64,000 nucleotides of DNA, taken from positions 11,842,001-11,906,000 of the forward strand of contig CM060731.1 of the NCBI GenBank assembly GCA_030704615.1, written 5' to 3'. Origin of the DNA: Takakia lepidozioides. Taxonomy: Eukaryota > Plantae > Bryophyta. Numbering within the stretch: position 1 is the first letter of the stretch; every line of letters begins with the position of its first letter. Under the pieces are notes generated by a model. The model did not search any database, was not told the origin of the DNA, and saw nothing but the letters and a program-made list of their open reading frames with translations. Of this stretch, positions 1 to 10,759 are shown piece by piece. A program made the position numbers and the translations under genes.

Positions 1-1838
1 TAAGTGATGCTTGCTTGCTAAACCTATAGCCCATGGCTAACCAAGGTACCTGAAGATCCCAATCTCCTAAATGTTCATTTTGTAAACCATACTTGCGCAA
101 AACCCTCTTCACCGTCTACACCACTCTCTCTGCCAAGCCATCGGCCTCAAGATGATCCTGAGAAGTGGTACGGTGGTCTATCAAGGCTTTATCACTCAAA
201 ACCTGAAACTCCCCCAAGAACTCTCTCCCTTGGTTCGTGAGTACATCAGCTGGAGCACCGAATCAACTAAGCACACGATCCAGGAATGCATACGCAGCCC
301 CCTCACTAGCTTTGTCAGGCAATGGAACCAACTCAATCCACTTGGAGAAGTGCTCTACCATCACCAACATATATCTGTGGTGACGCACGTTAGTGGCAAC
401 GGCTCTGCGAAGTCAAGACTCCACCTGTAGCCCAATCCCATGATGGGTAAATGATGTAACTGTGGTGTAGGGGCATTGAATGAAGCACGTACCCTGTTAC
501 ACACCATGCACCTAGCCACAAACTGTTGCACCTCTGTGTGCATACCACGCCACCAATACTGCCCCTGCAGTAGACTATGAGTGCGTCGCACTCTTAAATG
601 CCCCAACTCCTCATGGGCATGCCGTACTAACCGTGTACGCTGTGTTGGGTGAGGCACAATCCTCACCCGACCATCCTCCCACACTCGAAGTAGGTGTATC
701 CCCTCCCACTTGAACCTCTTGACTCGTTGCAGGATCCGATCCCTCTCCTTGGCAGTCACACTAGCTGCCGTGTCTCCAGTGCAGAGGTAGTCCAACACAA
801 CCGAATCCTCATGTGTATCTCTGGCACCACCTAACTTATCACTAGCCTCAGGGTCCTTAGACACTCCGCCTACAATCATCCCTGTTGTAGGTCCAACCTT
901 ACCTCCTGATGCCAAGATACACAAAAAGGCAGATGCATACCATCCCGGCGCCATCTCCTCGTCCGTCTCACCATGCCACCGAGCTCCAGTGTCATCCTGC
1001 TGGCTCGTGCATGGATTGCGACTCAATCCATCCGCATCCCTATTGACCAAACCCGGTCGATGCACAACCTGAAAGTCATACTCTTGGAGTATAAGTGCCT
1101 ATCGTGCAAGCTTCCCCGTAAGCTTGTCTGACTCCATCAATCACTTGAGTGGCTGGTGATCCGTGACAAAAGTGAAGAGATTGCCGTATAGATAGTACCT
1201 GAAGTGTGCCACGACCCACACTGCAGCTAAGCACTCCCCCTCATATGAGCTATACTTAGACTCTGCAGCGTTGTTTGAGCGGCTAGCATAAGCCACTACG
1301 AATTCTCTTCCCTCATCATCCACCTGTGTGAGCACCGCTCCAAGCCCCAACACGCTCCAATCTATATGCAGCTGAAATGGATGCCCCCTGATAGGTCGTC
1401 TCAAGATAAGCGCCGAGGTCAACCTCGCCTTGAGCTCCTGAAAAGCTCTCTCTTGCTCATCTTCCCACTGTCACTCCTGGTCTACCTTGGTCAGCTAGGT
1501 TAGAGCCTTTGCAATAGCACTAAATCCCTTGACAAACCGTCTATAGTAGTTTGCCAACCCCATGAAAGCTCGAACTCGGCTCACATCCGTGGGGCGTGGA
1601 ATCTGTGCGATGGCCTCTACCTTAGTCTGCTGCATTCTAATCCTCCAGGATATATCATGTGGCCCAGATACTCAATCTGGTTGTGGAAGAACTTGCACTT
1701 CCTCGGATATAATTTCAATCCGTGCGCTCTCAAGCGCTCAAACTTAAGGTGTCTCTCGTGCTCCTCCACCGTAGCACTAAAGATGATGATGTCATCTATG
1801 TAGCACCGAGCAAAGTCCACCCCTACTAGAATCCTGTC
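1..1838 (-). pseudogene. 3' half of outer Ty3/Gypsy pol (RT C-terminus, RNase H, integrase), disrupted
   Basis: Fragments FARCYIDDIIIF (RT YxDD), FQLHIDWS..LGAVL..VAYASRS..YSSYEGECLA..TDHQPLK (RNase H), HEELGH..YWWRGM..CMVC (integrase HHCC) and WSLDFA. Stops and frameshifts throughout. Confidence 0.93.
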
Positions 1839-2186
1839 TGTCAAGTTAAATAAGCACAGTGTGAAAACAGCTAGAATAAAACTAGTTATTTGTATTTAAC
1901 ACTTGGATTTAGGTCAAGTGTTAAATCAGGTGTCAAGTTTAGTTTGACACCTGGTCCGTCTTATCTTCACGAGAGCGGCAGTCGCGCGGCTCATCTTTCT
2001 CGAGTTGAGCCTGCGCGACCGAGCTCCTGCATGTGTTTAGATTTGAGTGTGCTTATGTAGGGGTACAGGTTGTTGTGGGGTGGAGTCCCCATAGCTTGGG
2101 GTGCCCCTGGCTCGACTACTATTTCTAAGAGTGATGGTTTGGTTTTCATGTTTTGTGTCAACAGTGTGTTCGTTGGATTTCTATCA
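1839..2186 (+). repeat. Terminal repeat segment A1 (TG...CA, 348 bp)
   Basis: Near-identical to 58388-58739; homologous to 47875-48179 and to 52872-53197 (- strand). Confidence 0.9.
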
Positions 2187-2199
2187 CTCGAGAAAGATG
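2187..2199 (+). promoter_or_regulatory. Putative self-priming primer-binding site CTCGAGAAAGATG
   Basis: Directly follows the CA end of A1. It is the exact reverse complement of CATCTTTCTCGAG at 1992-2004. No TGG tRNA-type PBS is present. Confidence 0.65.
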
Positions 2200-3048
2200 C
2201 TCTCTTACCTGTGAGTGCAAGGTAGGAGTTGAGGGTTAGCACTTGCAAGATTACCTGCGTATAAGTAGTGATTAGTTTGAGAAGCATATCATTGAATGTG
2301 ACCACAAGATTCAGCGTGCCCTGAAACGCCTGGAGGATGACGATGCCAGAGCCGCCATTGTTATTGCAGTTGCTGAAGCTACCAAGTCACTAGAGGCTTT
2401 GGGGTACACAAGGAGATACTTAAAAATGCAGCAGCAAATGCTAGTTGGCACCTATGCATGATCCTTGAAGCTGGATGATCGTTTCACCAGTAAGCTTATA
2501 GAGGAGCTCTTCTGGTCTTGTGTGTCATGTCTGAAGGCTTCATTGCATACCACTGATCCTCTTTCAAAGGAACAACCGCTTGACTGTCCAGGCTTTGCAG
2601 AATCAGAAGCTTGAAGTCACAACGAACGATGATGATGATGTGGAACAGTGGGTGGAAGCTTGTCTTCCAAATTTTTGGCAGCAGATGACACTGCAGCGCG
2701 GAAAAGAATGCTTTGCTCGGAAGAAGGCTCTGATCCAACTAGTTGTGTGTATCTGTGACTTGGCAGAGGACTGGGCATAAATGACATTTGGTGGGTCTCA
2801 AAAGTGGGTCCACATCTGAACGTTGTCACTTGGGGCTGCAAGTTATCGTGATTCAGGGGTGACTCTAACTGAATCACCATTGACAAGGACAGTAGTGTCA
2901 AGTGCTGTTTAGGGAAGACACCACTGTGGACGACTTGATTCATGTGATAGAAGGCTAAATACAGCAGTGGTGGGACTAGCTAACAACCGACAAGGCAATC
3001 CAGCATGCAGTACCTGGACAGTTTCTTTTTTTTTCAAAATGGATTGCA

Positions 3049-3620
3049 GGGATATCAGCAGATGAGAAGGCAAGACTGCTACACTGTGTTGTTGTAGGTG
3101 GTGGTCCTACAGGGGTGGAACTCAGTGGTGAGCTCAGTGACTCATCAGGAGAGACGTCTACGGCTAGTTCGGCCATGTGAAAGATTTTATCCATGTCACA
3201 CTTATTGAGGCAAAGGAGATTTTTTTTTCATCTTTCGATGTTCGACTCCAGGAGTACGCGACCAGGCACCTGATCAAGGGTTTGGAGGGATAAGCTGGAG
3301 GGTCTTAAACGCATAACTGTTTTCAGACTGGGGTAAAGCTGATGCAAGATGTAGTCAAGGATGTTCTGCCAGACAAATTAGTGCTTACGGATGGGACGGA
3401 GGTGCCATACGGGCTGCTGGTTTGATCAATGGGTGTTGGATCTTCTTCCTTTGTCCACTCCTTACCTGTGAAGAAGTGCCCTGGTGGAAGCTTGGCAGTT
3501 GATCCAGTTACTAATGGAAGCCCTACCGCAAACAAAGAGTGTTGCTGAGAGACAAGGAAAGTACCTGGGCAAATCTTTGCACAAGCTGGCACAAGCAGGT
3601 GATGGTCAGGCTGGGGTCCT
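3049..3620 (+). pseudogene. NDA: Fragment of alternative (type II) NAD(P)H dehydrogenase, NDA-type
   Basis: Translates to [64 protein letters not shown]. Stops and frameshifts; an intron-like remnant at about 3279-3328 ends ttttcag. Confidence 0.85.
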
Positions 3621-3689
3621 TTTGTAGATATTCTGTGGGCCTTTAATGAGCAAGTGATCCAACCATACTCTAAGCTCAGGCGTTGAGCA

Positions 3690-4040
3690 GCCTTACAGGT
3701 GAATCTATAGGGTCCCGTGGGAACAATTTCTGCAGCTACACAGGGTGTGTTAGTGGCCTAAGAACAGCTTAGAAATGCTTCAGTGCAAGCCCTGGAAATT
3801 GTGGGCGTCAATGCCCGTACACACCGATGGCAACGTTGAGTCAATCCCTTCAGCTCATATCCCGCTCATACACCAAGTGTCACCTGGTGAGTTCACAGTC
3901 TCCCACTCTCATGCTTTCCTGCAACGGGCATTGGCGTACCTGCATCCTGAGTGCACGGAGCACAGGGTGTACTGATCTGAAACCTTCTCACGTTCTCCTT
4001 GACAGAAAGGCCAAGACCCGCATCACCGACCTTCACATCC
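3690..4040 (+). pseudogene. Degenerate protein kinase fragment
   Basis: ALAYLH.EC followed, after a frameshift, by DLKPSHVLLD..RITD (catalytic loop-like). Confidence 0.5.
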
Positions 4041-4732
4041 CACGCACTGCCACAGCATAAGAGCACAGAAAGAGGAGGAGGGTTGGTTAGAGCGAGCTAC
4101 TGTAGCTTGGGACAAGGTTAGTGGCAGGTTTCTGGACATAGATATACCTCCTACACCTTACCATCATGCAGAGCGAGGCACTTTGAGAGAAGTCTGGCAG
4201 TTGATAGCATAGATCAGGATTGGATCTTGCTTGGTCGGGCTTGTATTCTTCCCCTCCATCTCTGTACTATTTTCATTACCTTGTACTTGCAGTTGCCAAA
4301 GCCTCTCTTGGTGGAGGCCAGTCAGTCCGGGGTTTTGGGCTGGGATATTCTACAGGATCAGCATTGCAGCTGGATTTTGGTGTGGGGGTGTTGATGTTTT
4401 GATTTCTTGTGTTTGGATCCCCCCCCAACACCTGCATGCTTGACTGTGCGCCATGTTGGTTTTGTGTGGGCGCTTGCTTTCATAGGGATTAGGCCGGATT
4501 TGATCACCGGTCAATCCTAGAGTATGCTGTCGGTGGTGAGGCTGGAGTGATGACCAGCAAGACCACCAGTGTTTCTTCTATGGTGAGGCTGGTTGATGAC
4601 CAGCCAACCATAGGAGTTCTTGCGGTGGATGCAGGTGCAGGTGCCCTGAGCCATTGGGATATGACCCTTAAAACTGCAACAGGTGTCCACCCGTGTCACT
4701 ATTAGATTAGTACTAGAGCCTTATAGTGTCAC

Positions 4733-5884
4733 GTGGAGGAGGTGCACATTGTGAGTGTCATTACGGAGTTACCCAAGGGTGGTGAGGGGAGTACGGCTAC
4801 AGGCAGTAACAGTGAGAGTGGGTTCACAAGACGAGGTATTCGGTTCAGACCACCTTCACCGCCACCCTCAATTACTGTAGAGTCAGACACAGACTCGGAG
4901 GCTTCATCAACAGGTGTGCACTTTCATTCGCCATTGTTGTGGGACGACATGGAGGAGATGTATGGAGCTACCAAGGGGCCTCGTAGGTACTCTGGAGCTG
5001 TGGGCACAATCGAGTTGGATGACTTTATCCAGGAGTTCGACAGCTGGTGTGATTTGCAGCAGATGCGCAATCCACAGCTATTCACCCCATTCATGGCGTG
5101 GAAGGGACTGTTCCAGCATTTGGAAGGCCCGCCTATGGACGATTACCACGAGTTCAGGCGAGGACATGAAGCAGAGATTGAGGAGTGGAGGATGTATTGG
5201 TCACCTGACTACGTCTCCATTACTCGAGGCACGACGCGACCAGTAGCTGCATCAGTACCAATAGCTCCCACTGCCAGCACTAGTAGTGGAGCAGGTAGTG
5301 CTGGTACTTCTGCAGGTGGTACCAGTTCAAAAGGTGCTACTACTCCTCCTGCCACAACTACAACACATGTGCCTAGATTCAACCCGGTGGTGGAGTTCTT
5401 CCAGGAGTTGCGGAGGAACTACCAAGGTGTACGGACAGAGAAGCTGCGAAGTTTGCAAGACTTCCAGCGCAAACCCAGTGAGAGCCTGCGAGAGGCGTAC
5501 ACTCGTATGAGGCGCTTGATAAGTGTGACCCAAGGGGTTACTGAAGCTCAGGCAATCCAGTTTTGGTATGGAATTCTGGACAAGGAGCTTAAGAGAAGGG
5601 TGCGAGATGCAACCCTGTTACAAGCAGCCCAATCCACATTAGCAGATGTGTTTTTGCTGGCAGAGCGGATTGAGCTCAACATGGTGGAGGAGCGAGTTGT
5701 TACAATTGGATTTGGCAATGACATGCCTGTACGGGGCACAGCTGTCAGCCCACAATCACAAGGGACTGCCCAACAGCGTGGTCAGGGGGCAAGGTTGCCC
5801 AGCCCAAGTTCCATGGAGCTTACAGGGGACCTCAGGTGCAGAGGCCCGTGGCATCTTTTGCAGGCCAACAGCAACCAGGGGTGA
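4733..5884 (+). CDS. gag: Retrotransposon Gag (capsid-like)
   Basis: 383-aa ORF with PRRYSG..LDDFIQEF and LRSLQDFQRKPSESLREAYTRMRRL, upstream of the zinc knuckles. Shifts frame into the next ORF; the first ATG may be at about 4949. Confidence 0.75.
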   Translation: MEEVHIVSVITELPKGGEGSTATGSNSESGFTRRGIRFRPPSPPPSITVESDTDSEASSTGVHFHSPLLWDDMEEMYGATKGPRRYSGAVGTIELDDFIQEFDSWCDLQQMRNPQLFTPFMAWKGLFQHLEGPPMDDYHEFRRGHEAEIEEWRMYWSPDYVSITRGTTRPVAASVPIAPTASTSSGAGSAGTSAGGTSSKGATTPPATTTTHVPRFNPVVEFFQELRRNYQGVRTEKLRSLQDFQRKPSESLREAYTRMRRLISVTQGVTEAQAIQFWYGILDKELKRRVRDATLLQAAQSTLADVFLLAERIELNMVEERVVTIGFGNDMPVRGTAVSPQSQGTAQQRGQGARLPSPSSMELTGDLRCRGPWHLLQANSNQG

Positions 5885-8622
5885 TATGTTGGACATGTGG
5901 AGGACCCCATGTCAAGAGAGATTGCCCAGAGAGTGGCAGAAGGCCGGCACAAGCACAGCCTGCACAGTTGCAGTGTGGGCATTGTGGCAAGTATGGGCAT
6001 GGAGATGCCCAGTGTTATGACTTGCATCCTGAGTTGCGCCCAGGCCAGTTCCAAGGGAACAATGGTGGCCGGGGGCGAGGTGGACCAGCCCAAAGAGGAC
6101 GAGGTGGTCGGGCACGAGGTGCAGGCCAAGGGCAAGCTCAACATGGCCAAGGACGCGGAGGTCAGGGTGTTGACCAAGGCATGGCCAACCGGCTTCAGCA
6201 GCTAAAGCAGAGGCTCGCTGCCATGGCTACAGCTCAGGCGGTACCGGCTCCCAGGCGGGATGGTCCACCTCCTGTTCCTGAGGGAGGAGATATGGGAGGC
6301 ATGGGATTCATGTGCGGAGCAGCACTACCACTAGAGCAGGTGGAGTCTGCTGCAGCCGTGACTCGAGGAGCAGCACGAGTTCCTGAGCCACGAGGTGCAG
6401 AGGTGGAGTTGGATCCACAACGTGGGGAGGCAAGCCGTCAAGCGAGGCTGCCTCAGTCATTCACCTTGGCGGAGACAGTGTCAACGCCATCCATGGCACC
6501 TAGTTCTCGCCCGACTGTTACCGAGGCGGAGGTTTCTATGCCATTAAGGAGAGCTACACGTGCAGCACTGACACCTGCTGCCAAAGCTAGTACAGCCGGT
6601 GTGTTGTTGGGGGCAGCCACCTCTGTGTGTCAAGCCCCACTGTTCTCGGCAACCATGATTGCGACGCCGGGGGTGAGACCAGCTGCAGTGTTCAGACTAG
6701 CAGCAACACTCTGTGAGAGTGGGGAGGTCACTTCATCTTCTGCGGAGTTAGTGGAAGGTGTAGTGGCAGAGGGATCCTCGGATTTGAGGGTCAAGACTGC
6801 CACAGCTGCGCCATGGCAAGTTGCAGCTGCCAGGTTGACGGAGCTGCCAGCTAGGCCAGCCATTGAGCGCGCCATGGTGACACCTGGAGTTGTCTTGTTA
6901 GACAACCAGGGAGGCATTTTCACTTTGAGTGGACCGGCAGGCAAGAAGTACCGGCCACTGCGGGTCTTGTTGGACTCAGGAGCTCAGCCACTGATGTTGG
7001 GCAGAGCTGCTATTGCAGGTTTGGGCCTCATGGAGGCGGATATGGAGCCTTGTCCTTTCCAGATACAGACATCTCTGGGAGGATCAGAGCAGGCTCACGG
7101 CATGACACGACATCAGTTGGCTATTAGACTGCAGCCGGATCATCCTGTAGATGGCTCAGTGATGCGAGCCAAGGCCATTGTGACAGACGCGGTCTCTTAC
7201 GATGTCCTCGTTGGTGGGGCAGTGTTATACCCCATGGGCTTCACCCTGGATTTCTGGGAGGAGTCAGCATCCTACAGGCCTGGATGGCAGTCGGGGGATG
7301 GTCGCCGTGCACAGCTCCCTGTGACATTCATTGGGGGTATTGCAGCTGCCCAGCGGGGCAAGATGCCAACACTAGCCGCCTTCACAGCTGCCGTTAGTTG
7401 GCCTGGAGAGTTGCTGGAAGGCAATGCCCATGCAGAGGATGTGCCACCTCCAGCAGAGCTGGATGACATGCATGGTACGTCGGAGTTGCCTGCCATGATT
7501 GCTCACACTCCGTTGTGGGGTACGAGCAAGGATTTGCAGCAAGCTGCTGATGGACGGGTGCAACAAGCTTGGGAAGAAGCTTTTGTACCGTCAGGGGAGG
7601 AGGAGAGTGCGGTGATTGCACCAGGGCCACCTCAGTTGTCGCCATTGGACACCACACCTCTTGTGTGGCAGCGGCCGGATGAAGGCATTTGCCTTCTGGA
7701 CTTGTTTGGCGGGATCAGCACCGGATTGGCTGCTGTGCTACAGGCAGGTGTGCGGGTAAGGCGTTACCTATATGTGGAGAGGGATGAGACTGCACGACGT
7801 GTCTCACTGCGCCATGTGGCTCAGTTGGTACAGCAGTACCCTGACTTGTTGCCTGTGTCTGCAGTTCGTGGATACCAACAAGCCTTGCCAGCAGACATTT
7901 CCTTGTTGGGGGCGCAAGATTTGGAGCAGGTTGGCTCCATTGATCTGATAGTGGCAGGTTGGCCCTGCCAAGGGCATTCATCAGCCGGGCATGGCAATGG
8001 ATTGCGAGACTCGAGGACGGGTCTGTTTTGGGAGATGGTGCGGATTTTGCGCTGCTTGCAGCTTCATCAAGCTGTATCTCCAGCATACATCTTGGAGAAT
8101 GTCCCACTGATGGGTGATTCTCGGGCCAGGGTGATGGCCAGTGTGCATCAAGTCCGGTCGTGGCTTGGGTCCGCAGTGTTGCTGGATGCAGCTACAGTGG
8201 GGTCACGGGCTCATCGTCCACGACTATGGTGGACTAACTTGATGCCACCCGCACTGCTCAAGCGTGCATTTGATGGGGTGCAGCGGCCAGCACACCTCAC
8301 CGTGGATGGCATTTTGGACACAGGAAGGCAGTCTCAACGTGTGAGACACGATGACCATTCGCCTTTGGCAGTGGTCAACAGGGTGGGTCAACCACGAGCA
8401 GCATTACCTACACTGCTCAGCTTCCCAGGATCCCATGCTTTTCGGGATGGTGGACCTGGCCTCTTGTGGGATGCTCAGTTGCAGCAGTTAGTGGAGCCTA
8501 ATGCCGATGAGCGAGAGCGGGCTATGGGGTTTTCCACTGGGACCACGGCGGTGCCTTCTCTTTCTGAGGCATCACGTCGTCAGGTGTTGGGGCAAGCAAT
8601 GGATCTCAATTGCTTGACCTGG
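5836..8622 (+). CDS. Gag-Pol N-half: 2 CCHC-like knuckles, aspartic protease, DNMT3-like C5 DNA methyltransferase (7687-8622); truncated by insertion
   Basis: CWTCGGPHVKRDC, CGHCGKYGHGDAQC and LLDSGAQ. MTase motifs: I LDLFGGI, IV GWPCQ, VI ENV, VIII AHRPRLWWTN, IX ERERAMGF, X LGQAM. All lie in one open frame. Confidence 0.92.
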
Positions 8623-9676
8623 GGGCTGCTCTTGTCCGCGATGGTGTAACCGGTGTGTTACTGCCTCTTTGTGGTGTCTTGGAGGGATCCACCATCTCTG
8701 TGCGTCCCTCGCTTACATTGGCATCTGTCATTTGGGCACCCCTGGCCTCTTCAGTGGCCTTTTCTCTTTCCTCCTGGCTAGCCTTCTGTCTCGCCTGTTT
8801 TTTTGCCCTCTCTTTTGCCCTCTCACGGGCTTTCTGTTTCTTACTAGGGCTAGCAGCAGGGGAGCCCTCCAGGACGACCACCTTTGATTGAGGAGAAGAA
8901 ACACCCTCGCGCGCACTGCTCACCCCCCCTCCGCAGCCCGTGACGGCTCTCTCGCCGGGGATTGCATGTGCTTAGCTTTCTTCTTCTTCTTTGCGTGGGC
9001 GGGCCCTACTACATGTGCATCAACAACCTCCATTGCCGGATCTGCTGTCCTCACGTCCTCACGCCCTTCACCTGCCATGCCGCCTGCACCAACCTCCCCA
9101 ACGCCTATTCTGTCGTACCCTCGCTGCAGGTCCTCCCGTCCACCAACAAAATGTTGAAGTTTGCCCTCTCGCCCCAAGTTGGGCGATTCAAACATGTGAT
9201 GAGTTGGAGCGGTCAATGCTACCACCAGCGTGCCGGGCTCGTTGTCACTCTGTCATTCCCAAAATCGTCAGAACCAACATCGGTGCCAAAACCAGCATCG
9301 CAACGAGCAGCGCAACCACCATAGCAACAATCGTGGAACAACAATGAAAACAAAACAAGTTTAGAAAGTGTGGAGTGCCATGGAACAACAATGAAAACAA
9401 ATCCAACCAATGCCTAAGAATGACATGCTTCCAGCGATGTCAGGATGAAGATGCAAAAACAAAGCGAAAGCGAACAAAGCGAAAGCAGAAGTGGCTTGCC
9501 TGAGAGTACTCGGCTTCAGTTGGCGCGGGTTGTGAGCAAGACACTGGAATCTCCTGCTGGAGCTTAAGTTTGGCCATGCGAGAGATTGACCGTCGTCCGT
9601 AGTACAAAGCTTTCAACTTCCGCCGCGGTCTGGATGTGAGGTCTCTCTCAGGAGAGCCACGCCCTTCAGGCGGCAT
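8623..9676 (-). pseudogene. 5' exons of MULE accessory gene (low-complexity N-terminus)
   Basis: RPRRKLKALYYGRR matches RPRRKLRKLYFGRR at the start of the element C accessory gene; divergent from the transposase. Confidence 0.5.
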
Positions 9677-9829
9677 AAGTCCCAGCCAAAATGGAAAAAG
9701 ATCTCAGTTTTTGGGGTACATGCTCGAATAGAAGTTAATCCAAGATTAGCATCAGATTTAGGGTACGTATCGAGGAAGCCATGTGTCGTCAGCCCGAATA
9801 AAAACGGACGGCGGTGGACATTTAATGCC

Positions 9830-10360
9830 CATCCGCCAGGTACGGCGGCACGCAAAATTTCCGTCATGCAGGTAATTCGGAGAGCAACAGGATGGAAATT
9901 CAGCGCCGAATTTCCATCCTGCCAGGTAGGGCGTCGCGCGAAATTTCCGCCACGCAGGTAATTCGGAGCCGGATGGATGGAAATCCGGCGCCGGATTTCC
10001 ATCCTGCCAGGTAAGGCGGCACGCGAAATTTCCGCCACGCAGGTAATTCGGGGCGGATGGATGGAAATCCGGCGCCGGATTTCCATCCTGCCAGGTAGGG
10101 CGGCGCGCGAAATTTCCGCCACGCAGGTAATTCGGAGCCGGATGGATGGAAATCCGGCACCGGATTTCCATCCGCCAGGTTGGTCGGAGAGCGGATGGAT
10201 CAAAATTCGGCGCCGAATTTCCATCCGGCAGGTAGGGCGGCGCGCAAAATTTGCGTCATGCAGGTAATTCGGAGCGGATCAGGATGGAAATTCGGCGCCG
10301 AATTTCCATTCGCCAGGTAAGTCGAAGCGTCGAATTACCTTCCTGCAGGTAATTCGGAGC
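9830..10360. repeat. About 84-85-bp tandem repeat (about 6 copies) with 30-bp palindrome GGATGGAAATCCGGCGCCGGATTTCCATCC
   Basis: Palindrome starts at 9975, 10059 and 10144; scattered copies extend to about 10700. Confidence 0.9.
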
Positions 10361-10759
10361 GTGGCCGCTTGGTTTTTCGGAGAGTAACAAAGTAAACTGT
10401 TAGTTTTGTGGCTGAAGTCCACTTTTAGACATGTTTTTCATGGAATCCTTGACTGCTAGAGGGAAATCCAAACGGCCTCGGACGGAAATTCGGCGCCGTT
10501 TTTCCATTCTGGGAGGTTTTCATATCGTCCAGTTTTGGGCCTCACCACCCGACCGGACTTCCTTTGAGGGGGCCCGGATGGAAATTCGGCGGCGATTTTC
10601 CATCCGGGGGATGGTCTCTGTCGGACAGGTGCCGGCCTCTACGCCCGAGGCGACTTCGTCCGGGCGTCACCTGTTGGATATTCGGTGCCGAATTTCCGTC
10701 CGGGGGTTGCTCACGAGCATAGAGCTTCATTTCCGTGCAGAGGGGACATCTGCCAGGTG

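Noticed and set aside
5780-5890. Programmed gag-pol frameshift
   Set aside because: No clear slippery site, and only one copy is available; it could be a mutation or sequencing error.
9613-10267. ORFs with MEIRRRIS repeats (also 29735-30075 and 35734-36407)
   Set aside because: By-products of palindromic DNA repeats, seen on both strands.
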